From an uncultured bacterium (GTDB lineage Bacteria; Auribacterota; JACPWU01): a stretch of 32,000 bases of DNA. The notes beneath the pieces are model-generated. The model was not told the DNA's origin. It worked only from the letters and a program-made list of their open reading frames with translations, and searched no databases. The translations under genes were made by a program, and so were the position numbers. The stretch is taken from positions 588,978-620,977 of the forward strand of contig CAZXEQ010000001.1 of assembly GCA_964640155.1 (NCBI GenBank). Reading direction: 5' to 3'. Of the stretch, positions 7,113 through 16,018 are shown in pieces (position 1 is the stretch's first letter; each line of letters opens with the position of its first letter).

Positions 7113-8234
7113 ATGAGCGATTTTCTCAAGAGTGAGACGTCGATTCAGCATTTTGAAGATTTGTGTCGTCTTGTAAAAAAACTCAAGGCTTCTGATCTTC
7201 ATCTTCAAGTAGGTTCTCCTCCTATCTTGCGCATTGCAGGAGCCCCTAAAAGACTAGATTGTCCCCCTGTCACCCCAGAAATGATTGAAGGATGGGTTCG
7301 TGAATTTTTATCTCCAGAACAATTTGATCTCCTTAAGAAGAAAAGAGATTTTGATCATGGATATTCTGTTCCTGGTGAAGGGAGAATGAGAATCAATCTC
7401 TTTTTCCAAAGAGGATATTTAAGTTTAGCAGGTCGTTTTGTGCAAACTTACATTCCTACCATGGAGGAGCTATATCTTCCAAAAGTTCTTGAAAATATCG
7501 CCAATCTCCATGATGGCATGGTGATTTTATCGGGGGTTACTGGAAGCGGAAAATCTACAAGCCTTGCCTCTATGATCGAATACATTAATCAAAATAAAGC
7601 CTGTCATATTTTGACCATTGAAGACCCTATTGAATATCTCTATACAAACAAAAAGGCCTTTATCAATCAAAGAGAAGTGGGTATTGATACTCTTTCTTTT
7701 CATGATGGGCTTAAATATGCTCTTCGTGAAGATCCGGATATTATGCTCATTGGAGAAATGAGAGATTCTGAAACCGTAGAGTTTGGTTTGAATGCAGCAG
7801 AAACAGGACATTTGGTTTTTGCTACTCTCCACAGTGGAAATGCAGCACAAACCATTGGAAGAATCATTGATCTTTTCCCACCCGAACAACATTTTCAGAT
7901 TCGGCAAAGCCTTCAATTCAATTTAAGAGCTGTTATCAATCAAAAACTTTTACCTTCTATCAAAGAAGGAGTTCCCCGTGTTCCTGCTGTTGAAGTCATG
8001 ATTGTAGACCCCACAGTTCGCGAACTCATTCGAAAAGGAGAAGATATTAAAATACACAATGCGATTCGTGCAGGGGCAGGCCTAGGAATGCAAGATTTCA
8101 ATCGTTCTTTACTTGAACTCATGCAAAAAGAAATGATCTCTGAAGAAGTTGCTTTACGAGTATCTCCTAATCCAGAAACTCTTAGAATGAATTTACGAGG
8201 GATATTTCTGGATGATGACAAGGCGATTTTTTAA
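7113..8234 (+). CDS. pilT: Type IV pilus retraction ATPase, PilT/PilU family
   Basis: 373 aa. ASDLHLQVGSPPILRI N-domain, Walker A GVTGSGKST, HILTIEDPIEY, Asp box/Walker B REDPDIMLIGEMRD, His box GHLVFATLHS. Confidence 0.85.
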   Translation: MSDFLKSETSIQHFEDLCRLVKKLKASDLHLQVGSPPILRIAGAPKRLDCPPVTPEMIEGWVREFLSPEQFDLLKKKRDFDHGYSVPGEGRMRINLFFQRGYLSLAGRFVQTYIPTMEELYLPKVLENIANLHDGMVILSGVTGSGKSTSLASMIEYINQNKACHILTIEDPIEYLYTNKKAFINQREVGIDTLSFHDGLKYALREDPDIMLIGEMRDSETVEFGLNAAETGHLVFATLHSGNAAQTIGRIIDLFPPEQHFQIRQSLQFNLRAVINQKLLPSIKEGVPRVPAVEVMIVDPTVRELIRKGEDIKIHNAIRAGAGLGMQDFNRSLLELMQKEMISEEVALRVSPNPETLRMNLRGIFLDDDKAIF

Positions 8235-8273
8235 ACTGGAAATACTCTACCGTACTGGCAAACATGAATTTAT

Positions 8274-9362
8274 TCATATTGATGTACTGCCTAGGAGTTT
8301 CTGGATTTTTTCTTGAATCAAAATAGAAAATTGTTCCAAAGACTTTTTTTTTTCGTCTACAGCTTTTTCGGGGCCTGTTAATTCCAAATCACAAATAAAA
8401 ATCCCTTGTGTAAAAATAAGTTTTTGAGTCATCGACCCTTCCTTAGAAATCCAAAATCCTTTTTTGTCTGGAGTATCTATCAAAACATCTCTTAATTTTT
8501 TACGATAAAGATGCAAGGCCCTTTCAGCTTGCCCCACAGAGGGATATGCATATAAAACAACTTGAACAGACGAACCCTTTTCTAACTTCACAGGCTCTTT
8601 TTGATAAGTCCTTCCATCTACCAAAAGCTCTCCTCTCGATTCCTTAGGAAAAGTCTCTGTTATTTTCCACTCGGAAACATTCTCAGAGAGCTCTACGGGC
8701 AAAGGGAAAATATCAGAAATAGAAACCTCCTTCGCAAATTTTTCAAAAGGGGCTTTAACAGGAGGTTCTTCAGGAATATGTTGGGGTAAAGAACGAATAA
8801 ATGCCTCTTTAGAAAAAACCTGAAACACTTCTTCAAAAATAGCCCAAGCATCCGCGTCCAGTTTTAATCTTTCATCTTTAAGAGTCAACATTTCAGGGCC
8901 AAAGAGGATTTCAATGGCATCTTGTGAATGCGTTAAAACTAACTTACCTTCTTTCACAATATAGGAAGCCAAATAGGCCCGATACATTTTGTTCCCTATC
9001 CCGTCCACCGTAACAATTTTAAATCCTTGTCTTCGATAGGTTTTAAGATGCTTTTGAAGAACTTTTTCCAAGGGACGAGGATGAAGCGCCAAAAGCCATT
9101 GGACATAACCTTTTTCCGTCCCCTCGTTTAATTCATAAAAAGCTCTATCTGCAACGCCAAAAATTTGATAATCCTCTCCCGGAGCTTTAACACTCGCAAA
9201 CACTTCTTGAGACCAACCTAAGCGAGCAGCCAAATCACGCAAATAAGAAACAATATCTCCACTTTGATGCTCTGCCCACAGCTTTCCTCCCATAAAAAGA
9301 AGCAGAGTAAAAATACTGCTTATGAATCTTAGTCTATGAAACAAGCTTGTCATATTCATCAT
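8274..9362 (-). CDS. Secreted hypothetical protein with no recognisable domain
   Basis: The track ORF starts at a TTG (9389). I prefer the ATG at 9362, which has GGGGAG 4 nt upstream. The N-terminus MMNMTSLFHRLRFISSIFTLLLFMGGKLWA/EHQ looks like a Sec signal peptide. It overlaps the 3' end of the upstream DUF21-CBS gene, which suggests translational coupling. Confidence 0.6.
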   Translation of the reverse strand: MMNMTSLFHRLRFISSIFTLLLFMGGKLWAEHQSGDIVSYLRDLAARLGWSQEVFASVKAPGEDYQIFGVADRAFYELNEGTEKGYVQWLLALHPRPLEKVLQKHLKTYRRQGFKIVTVDGIGNKMYRAYLASYIVKEGKLVLTHSQDAIEILFGPEMLTLKDERLKLDADAWAIFEEVFQVFSKEAFIRSLPQHIPEEPPVKAPFEKFAKEVSISDIFPLPVELSENVSEWKITETFPKESRGELLVDGRTYQKEPVKLEKGSSVQVVLYAYPSVGQAERALHLYRKKLRDVLIDTPDKKGFWISKEGSMTQKLIFTQGIFICDLELTGPEKAVDEKKKSLEQFSILIQEKIQKLLGSTSI

Positions 9363-10320
9363 CAATCTCCCCAACAATTTCCTCAACAATATCCTCCATG
9401 GTTACAACACCCATGATCTTTCCAGAAATATCTGTCACAATTCCCATATAGCGCCCATTTTTCTTCATCGCTTTTAAAACCTCCCCAATGGGACTGGTCG
9501 ATGCAACACGAAAAGGAATCTTCATTACATCTGCGATAGGAGTTTTGTCTTCTTGTCCTATCAAATCCATAGCATGAACTGTCCCTACAATTTGTGAAGG
9601 ATGTCGATTATAAATGGGAATTCTCGAAAAGGCTGTGTCAAAAATTTTTCGTTTTACGTCTGCTACCGTTACTTCGATAGGACAAGAGACAACCTCTTTG
9701 AGTGGAACCATAATATCTCGAATACGTGTGCGATGAAAATCAAAAACCCCGACAACCATATTTTCTTGAGTTTGGTCTAAAACTTTCTTGCCGGCACCAC
9801 GAAAAATAAGTTTTAATTCATCACGGGTAAAATAAGGTTTTTCCAAATCACTTCTTCCTCCTAGAATTCGATTCACAGTATGAGACAAGAACTCAATCAA
9901 TTTAATAAAAGGATAAAAAATAAAATAAGTTATTTTAAGAGCAGGTACACCCCAAAGCGCCATTTTCATAGGATAGGTTAGCGCTAAACTCATAGGAACA
10001 AATTCTCCGAACAAGAGAATGAGAGGCCACAGCGCCAAAGTTGAAATCAAAGGAGCTATGGCAGGACTAAAAAATTGCCCCATTAAACTAGCCGTTAAAG
10101 AAGCACTTACCACCACAGCTACATTGACCCCAATCATCGTTGCAGCAAGATAATTTACAGGTTTTGCTAAAAAATGATTGACCCATCGGGCTTTTAAATT
10201 TTTTTGATCTGCCAAATGGCGAATGCGAACTCGATCACAAGATAAAAGAGCGATTTCTAGTCCCGCGAAAAAAGCCTGAAACATCACACAAAGAAGAATG
10301 GCTAAAACATAGAAGATCAT
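9334..10320 (-). CDS. DUF21/CNNM transmembrane domain plus CBS-pair protein (CorC/TlyC-like), short form
   Basis: 328 aa. Four predicted TM helices at the N-terminus, with the FFAGLEIALLS motif typical of DUF21. A CBS pair follows (IMVPLKEV...IPIY, GIVTDISGKIMGVVTMEDIVEEIVGEI). The protein ends about 10 aa after the CBS pair. ATGA overlap with the upstream paralog. Confidence 0.8.
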   Translation of the reverse strand: MIFYVLAILLCVMFQAFFAGLEIALLSCDRVRIRHLADQKNLKARWVNHFLAKPVNYLAATMIGVNVAVVVSASLTASLMGQFFSPAIAPLISTLALWPLILLFGEFVPMSLALTYPMKMALWGVPALKITYFIFYPFIKLIEFLSHTVNRILGGRSDLEKPYFTRDELKLIFRGAGKKVLDQTQENMVVGVFDFHRTRIRDIMVPLKEVVSCPIEVTVADVKRKIFDTAFSRIPIYNRHPSQIVGTVHAMDLIGQEDKTPIADVMKIPFRVASTSPIGEVLKAMKKNGRYMGIVTDISGKIMGVVTMEDIVEEIVGEIDDEYDKLVS

Positions 10321-11348
10321 TTTTTAATCTCCTTCACTGAAGAATCAGAACTCGAAAAATCTAGAGAATCAACCACAATGGATTCAATCAAATCATCCAA
10401 GGTCACAAGTCCAATTGTTTGACCGTTGTCATTGCGCACCAAAGCCAAATGGGAACGTTCAGTCTGTAACATATGAAACAATTGGCTTAAACTCATTTGA
10501 TCATTAACAAGATAAGGCGGCCTCAAAAGATCATAAATTTGAATAACCGTAAACTCTGTAATTTCTTGCATAATGAGATCTTTTGCGTAAAGGATTCCTA
10601 CAATATGATCTAAATTTCCTTTAAAAATAGGGATTCGTGAGAGTTTTTTCTTACGAATTTCCTTATATATTTGAGGAAGGGGTGTTCCCATTTCCAAAGC
10701 AAAAATTTTCTCTCGAGGAATCATGACTTCTGAAATTCTTTTTGATTTCATGGCAAGAATCTCTTTAATCATTGAAGCTTCTTCAGAACTTAAAAGTCCC
10801 TCCTGCATTCCCATTCGAAGAGCTGTGTTAAATTGATCGGAATCTAAAATTTGTTTTTTTTCTGGTTGTTCTTTGAATGTTAGAGAGCGAATGATGCGAT
10901 CTGCAATAATCATAAACAATGCCCTAAAAGGAGTGAGAACTTTCATAAAAAAATAGAGCCCTGGAGCAACACGAAGAGAAATCTTTTCAGATTTAGAAAC
11001 AGAGAGTACTTTAGGAACAATTTCGCAAAAAATTAAAATAACAAAACTCATCACCAAAATGCATATTTGGAGACCCTGTTCACCAAACAAAGTGACACTA
11101 ATTTCCTCTCCCAAAGAAGTTGAAAAAACATTAACGAAAAGATTGGCTAAGAGAATGGTTGCCAGAACATTTCTTGGCTCCTTCAACAAGACAGGAAGAA
11201 GATGTGCTCCTTTTCTTTTTTCCTCTAGCATTCGATGAACACGAACAGAACTTAAAGAGAAAAGAGCCGTTTCCGAGCCTGAAAAAAATGCGGAAAGGCA
11301 AAGAAGAAAAAATAAAAATAAGAGTTTTAATATGACTTCTAAATCCAT
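10317..11348 (-). CDS. DUF21/CNNM transmembrane domain plus CBS-pair protein (CorC/TlyC-like), short form, paralog of 9334-10320
   Basis: 343 aa. FFSGSETALFSL DUF21 motif. CBS pair (VMIPREKIFAL...IPIF, ALVRNDNGQTIGLVTLDDLIESIV). No CorC_HlyC-type C-terminal domain is visible. Confidence 0.8.
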   Translation of the reverse strand: MDLEVILKLLFLFFLLCLSAFFSGSETALFSLSSVRVHRMLEEKRKGAHLLPVLLKEPRNVLATILLANLFVNVFSTSLGEEISVTLFGEQGLQICILVMSFVILIFCEIVPKVLSVSKSEKISLRVAPGLYFFMKVLTPFRALFMIIADRIIRSLTFKEQPEKKQILDSDQFNTALRMGMQEGLLSSEEASMIKEILAMKSKRISEVMIPREKIFALEMGTPLPQIYKEIRKKKLSRIPIFKGNLDHIVGILYAKDLIMQEITEFTVIQIYDLLRPPYLVNDQMSLSQLFHMLQTERSHLALVRNDNGQTIGLVTLDDLIESIVVDSLDFSSSDSSVKEIKK

Positions 11349-11496
11349 ACCTCATCCGTTGTAAGTGTCAAAAGATGCGACAGAAAGAAGAAGATGAAAA
11401 GGATTTACTCAAGGATTTCCGCCTTCTGCTTTCTATATTTCAAACGGATTTAGAGTTCGTCGCCAACACCCTCATCTTACTTATACAAGAAAATCA

Positions 11497-11820
11497 TCAA
11501 ACCGTAAAAGAAGCTCCGCAACCACAGCTTCCCTTAGCATTTGGATTCTGAAAATTAAAACCACCACCCATCATACCCTTGGTATAATCAAGTGTACTTC
11601 CATTCAAGAGAAAATAACTTTTCCCATCAACATAAACTTTAATCCCACTTGCTTCAAAAATCTTATCTCCTTCCTTAGCTTGAGCTTCTAAGTCAATGGC
11701 ATAGGAGTACCCAGAACAACCTCCTCCTTTGACAGAAAGCCTCAAACCTGACCCAGGCTTATTCTCTCTTTCAATCATCCGTTGAACTTCTTGAATCGCA
11801 TTTTCTGTAAGCTGAATCAT
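11497..11820 (-). CDS. A-type iron-sulfur cluster carrier (IscA/ErpA/HesB family)
   Basis: The track start at 11835 is a TTG. The ATG at 11820 has GGAGGA 8 nt upstream, giving MIQLTENAIQEV.... GGGCSGYSY and a C-terminal GSCGCGASFTV supply the three conserved Cys of A-type carriers. Confidence 0.85.
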   Translation of the reverse strand: MIQLTENAIQEVQRMIERENKPGSGLRLSVKGGGCSGYSYAIDLEAQAKEGDKIFEASGIKVYVDGKSYFLLNGSTLDYTKGMMGGGFNFQNPNAKGSCGCGASFTV

Positions 11821-11910
11821 ATACTTATCCTCCAATATCCGTATTATATCAAACTTTTACCCCTTGTGGAAGAACGACATGAAAGGAGCTTAACTATAAT
11901 ACTATATATA

Positions 11911-12035
11911 GAAGTGTGTATTTTATATATGCGGGTGATGCTCGGCGGGGAGCCCCATCGAGCACAACTTTTGATGAGCACGCTGGGGCTGACGAGCAGC
12001 AGGACCCGGTTCTTATCAAAAAGGACACACTTTTA
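11911..12035. repeat. Copy 2 of the GC-rich structured intergenic element
   Basis: Same plus-strand orientation as copy 1 (6915-7040). Identical blocks: ttatatatgcgggtga, ctcggcggggagcccc, atgagcacg, tggggctgacgag. Closing stem aagtgtgt (11912-11919) pairs with acacactt (12026-12033). It fills the iscS to A-type-carrier intergenic region. Confidence 0.75.
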
Positions 12036-12046
12036 TATACAACATC

Positions 12047-13237
12047 TCAACTATGAGTCTGCCGCTTCATTTCATAGATAGGCGACATCGCCCTTAATCG
12101 TTTCACGGCCTCAACCACCTTTTGAAGGGTATATTCGATTTCTTCCTCCGTCGTAAAGCGACTTAAGCCAAAACGTAAAGAAGAGTGCAGTAAATTTTCA
12201 GGAACACCTAAAGCAGGCAGCACATGAGAAGGTTCCAAATTAGCAGACATACAAGCAGATCCACTGGAAACTGCAACATCATCACGAATGGCCATCAATA
12301 AAGATTCTGCTTCTACATAAGCAAAACTTATATTTAAATTATGCGAAAGTCTCTTTTCCAAATCTCCATGAACATATACTTCTTCTAATTGATCCATAAA
12401 ACCTTTTCGCAATTTTTCTCTTAAGGCAAGAAGTCGCTTAGATTCTTCCATCATTAAGTTTTGTGACAATTCACAAGCCTTTCCAAATCCAACGATTCCA
12501 GGGACATTTAATGTACCTGATCTCAAACCTCGCTCATGGCCTCCGCCATCGATCAAAGTTGTTAATCTCACCCGTGGATTTTTCTCTCGAACGAAAAGAG
12601 CTCCTATCCCTTTAGGACCATACATTTTATGAGCTGAAAAACTCATCAGATCAATGTTCATCTCTTCCACATTCATCAAAATTTTTCCAACAGCCTGAGC
12701 TGCATCGGTATGGAAAAGGATCCCTCTATTCTTAGCAATCCTGCCAATTTCTTTTATGGGATGTAGAACCCCGATCTCATTATTAGCAGCCATCAAACTG
12801 ATCAAAATGGTCTTGGAGGTTATTGCCTTTTCAAGTCTTTCAAAATCAATAATTCCAGAATTCAATACAGGCAGATAAGTGATTTCAAATCCGGCTTGTT
12901 CAAGAGACTTACAAGAGTCTAAAACAGCTTTATGTTCGGTTATACAAGTGATGATGTGATTTCCCTTTTCACAATACATCGCAGCGACACCCTTTAAGGC
13001 CAAATTATTTGATTCAGTAGCTCCACTTGTAAAAATGATTTCTTTTTCCGAAGCCCCAATTAAAGAAGCAATTTGAATACGTGCTTTTTCTACCGCTTCT
13101 TCTGCTTGCCATCCGAAAGAATGATTACGGCTTGCTGGATTTCCAAAACGCTCGCTAAAAAAAGGCAGCATGGCTTCCAACACCTGAGGGTCTACAGGTG
13201 TTGTTGCATGACTATCTAGATAAATAGGAAGTTTCAT
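12047..13237 (-). CDS. iscS: Cysteine desulfurase, IscS/NifS class I
   Basis: 396 aa. [18 protein letters not shown]...[23 protein letters not shown] is near-collinear with E. coli IscS as I recall it. PLP lysine in [16 protein letters not shown]. Active-site loop SSGSAC. Confidence 0.9.
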   Translation of the reverse strand: MKLPIYLDSHATTPVDPQVLEAMLPFFSERFGNPASRNHSFGWQAEEAVEKARIQIASLIGASEKEIIFTSGATESNNLALKGVAAMYCEKGNHIITCITEHKAVLDSCKSLEQAGFEITYLPVLNSGIIDFERLEKAITSKTILISLMAANNEIGVLHPIKEIGRIAKNRGILFHTDAAQAVGKILMNVEEMNIDLMSFSAHKMYGPKGIGALFVREKNPRVRLTTLIDGGGHERGLRSGTLNVPGIVGFGKACELSQNLMMEESKRLLALREKLRKGFMDQLEEVYVHGDLEKRLSHNLNISFAYVEAESLLMAIRDDVAVSSGSACMSANLEPSHVLPALGVPENLLHSSLRFGLSRFTTEEEIEYTLQKVVEAVKRLRAMSPIYEMKRQTHS

Positions 13238-13342
13238 AGATGCTTGATTTCCCTTAACTTGACCAATGAGGGCGGTATTATAGCGAACTCAAGAAGGTGA
13301 AGAAATAAGAAAAAAATGTTATCAAATTCACTATGAGCTGGT

Positions 13343-13759
13343 TCAAAATCCTACAAGAGCTACTTCTTTGAATTTAGAATGAATTAAGTCTCGGACTTTC
13401 CGGAATTCATTTAGAACCTCTTCGCTCTCTTCCTTCTCATGAGGCGGATCTGGAAAAGGCCAGTAAAATCGTATTGCAGAGCCTGGAAAGATAGGGCAAG
13501 ATTCATTAGCTTTATCACAAACAGTAATTACATACTCAAAGGGCTTGTCCAAAAACTCTTTGACGTGTTTGGATCGCTGATGAGAGATATTAATTCCTAT
13601 TTCTTTCATCACACGAATGGCTGTTTTATTTACAGATGAAGGTTTAGTCCCTGCACTTTCAACCTCAAATTTACCCTCGCCATAGTACCTTAGAACCCCT
13701 TCCGCCATTTGAGATCTGCAAGAATTGCCCGTGCAAAGAATTAAGACTCTGGTTTTCAT
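13343..13759 (-). CDS. arsC: Arsenate reductase, thioredoxin-coupled LMW-PTP type
   Basis: The track ORF (to 13846) overlaps tRNA-Glu, so I start at the ATG at 13759 (MKTRVLILCTGNSCRSQMAEG). It has the CX5R P-loop plus the two downstream Cys (VITVCDKANESCP) of the pI258/Bacillus-type ArsC triad. Confidence 0.75.
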   Translation of the reverse strand: MKTRVLILCTGNSCRSQMAEGVLRYYGEGKFEVESAGTKPSSVNKTAIRVMKEIGINISHQRSKHVKEFLDKPFEYVITVCDKANESCPIFPGSAIRFYWPFPDPPHEKEESEEVLNEFRKVRDLIHSKFKEVALVGF

Positions 13760-13813
13760 ATTCAGGGAAGTTTTAACTATAAAATAATAACAAAAACAGT
13801 ATGGAGAGAAAAT

Positions 13814-13886
13814 CGACCCCAGCGGGATTCGAACCCGCGTCATCACCGTGAAAGGGTGATGTCCTAGGCCTCTAGACGATGGGGTC
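13814..13886 (-). tRNA. tRNA-Glu (anticodon UUC)
   Basis: The reverse complement reads GACCCCATCGTCTAGAGGCCTAGGACATCACCCTTTCACGGTGATGACGCGGGTTCGAATCCCGCTGGGGTCG. It has a 7-bp acceptor stem, anticodon loop CTTTCAC and T-loop GGTTCGAATCC. CCA is not encoded. Confidence 0.9.
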
Positions 13887-13918
13887 TCTTAACAAAAACC
13901 TATATCAATCTATAATTT

Positions 13919-13991
13919 TGAGCCGCGTGGGACTCGAACCCACCACCCACAGCTTAAAAGGCTGTTGCTCTACCTGATGAGCTAGCGGCTC
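13919..13991 (-). tRNA. tRNA-Lys (anticodon UUU)
   Basis: The reverse complement reads GAGCCGCTAGCTCATCAGGTAGAGCAACAGCCTTTTAAGCTGTGGGTGGTGGGTTCGAGTCCCACGCGGCTCA. It has a 7-bp acceptor stem, anticodon loop CTTTTAA and T-loop GGTTCGAGTCC. CCA is not encoded. Confidence 0.9.
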
Positions 13992-13997
13992 ATAAAA

Positions 13998-14086
13998 AAG
14001 TGGTAAGTTACAAGTCTCAAATTGTAATCTCTAAAAAAACTGTTTAAAAATATTATTTTTTGCTTATAACTTATGACCTACCACTT
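13998..14086 (-). terminator. Long imperfect inverted repeat downstream of frr, a possible terminator or processing hairpin
   Basis: aagtggta (13998-14005) pairs with taccactt (14079-14086), and further imperfect pairing continues inward. On the minus strand the 3' arm is followed by TTTTTT, and the tRNA-Lys 5' end follows 6 nt after the stem (TTTTTTAT then GAGCC...). The loop is very large, so confidence is low. Confidence 0.3.
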
Positions 14087-14097
14087 ATTACTTCTTT

Positions 14098-14661
14098 TTA
14101 CACAACCATAATTTCTTTTTCTTTATGCTCTAAAAGACCATCTAATTTTTTAATATATTCATCTGTCTTATGCTGTATTTCTTTCTCAATACGATGAAGA
14201 TCATCTTCTGTAATTTGGCCATCCTTTTTACTCTTTTTTACAACTTCATTCAAGTCTCGACGGATATTTCTTAATGAGACTCTATTTTCTTCGGCCTTTA
14301 CACGAAGCACTTTTTTAAGATCATTTCTGCGTTCTTCACTAAGTTCAGGAACAGACACACGAACTAATTTGCCCTCCAACTTTGGAGCCAAACCCATATC
14401 ATTTTTGCTCAAAGCCTTAAAAACTTCTTCAACAGCTCCTTGATCCCAGGGTTGTACAACAATCAAACGAGGTTCTGGTGTTGAAATTCCAGCCAATTCT
14501 TTTAGCTTGGTAGGAGCACCATAATAGCTCACCATGATATTTTCAACCAAAGCAGGTGAAGCCTTCCCTGTTCGAACAGAGCCTAACTCCTGATGAAAAA
14601 AATCTAAAACTTTATCCATTTTTTCTTTTACATCTTTATGAATTTTATTTTCAAATTCCAT
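14098..14661 (-). CDS. frr: Ribosome recycling factor
   Basis: 187 aa, collinear with the RRF family (VRTGKASPALVENI.V.YYG..T.L..LA.I...E.R...V.PWD, VPELSEERR..L.K). Follows pyrH with a 1-nt gap. Confidence 0.95.
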   Translation of the reverse strand: MEFENKIHKDVKEKMDKVLDFFHQELGSVRTGKASPALVENIMVSYYGAPTKLKELAGISTPEPRLIVVQPWDQGAVEEVFKALSKNDMGLAPKLEGKLVRVSVPELSEERRNDLKKVLRVKAEENRVSLRNIRRDLNEVVKKSKKDGQITEDDLHRIEKEIQHKTDEYIKKLDGLLEHKEKEIMVV

Positions 14662-14662
14662 C

Positions 14663-15424
<762 letters not shown>

Positions 15425-15433
15425 TTAGAATTT

Positions 15434-15455
15434 GAGTGTTTTAAGCAAAACACTC
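15434..15455 (-). terminator. Perfect 9-bp hairpin between tsf and pyrH, a possible attenuator or processing site
   Basis: gagtgtttt (15434-15442), loop aagc, aaaacactc (15447-15455). There is no canonical U-tract after the stem on the transcribed (minus) strand, so a true terminator is doubtful. Confidence 0.25.
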
Positions 15456-15466
15456 CTTCACTATCG

Positions 15467-16018
15467 TTATTTCGTTTGGCCCAACTGATAACGAACAAAG
15501 CGCCTGAGCACAATGTTCTCACCCAACTCTGCAATCTTAGACTGTATCAACTGCTGAACTGTATGGGATGGATCTTTAATAAACGGCTGATCCAACAAAC
15601 ATACTTCCGCATAATACTTATCAAGATTTTGACCTTGTTGGGTGGCTTGAGCAATCGCTTCGGAAGGAACAGATTCTTTTGAAACATACAGAGGCGTCGG
15701 ATGGGATCCAGCAATCTGTAAAGCAATATTCTTTGCCAAAGCTTGAAAAACTTCATTACGCGCCACAAAATCTGTCTCGCAATTGAGTTCGAGAAGAACA
15801 CCTATCTTTCCTCCTGAATGAATATAAGAAAAGACAAGTCCTTGAGCAGTAACTCGTTCTGCTTTTTTTTGAGCAGCAGATGCTCCTTTGGCTTTTAATA
15901 CTTGAAGGGCTTTATCAAAATTACCTTCTGCTTCGGATAATGCCTTTTTACATTCCATAACTCCCGCATTGGTCTTTTCTCGAAGCTCTTTGACCATATC
16001 CTTGCCAATCTGTATCAT
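15467..16018 (-). CDS. tsf: Elongation factor Ts (short form, 183 aa)
   Basis: N-terminal UBA-like domain VKELREKTNAGVMECKKALSEAEGNFDKA...LKAKG. Core ELNCETDFVARNE.F. ATGA overlap with the rpsB stop. Confidence 0.9.
   Translation of the reverse strand: MIQIGKDMVKELREKTNAGVMECKKALSEAEGNFDKALQVLKAKGASAAQKKAERVTAQGLVFSYIHSGGKIGVLLELNCETDFVARNEVFQALAKNIALQIAGSHPTPLYVSKESVPSEAIAQATQQGQNLDKYYAEVCLLDQPFIKDPSHTVQQLIQSKIAELGENIVLRRFVRYQLGQTK

Noticed and set aside
13760-13846. N-terminal 29-codon extension of the arsC ORF in the track
   Set aside because: It overlaps tRNA-Glu (13814-13886). The ArsC/LMW-PTP fold starts at MKTRVLILCTGNSCRS.
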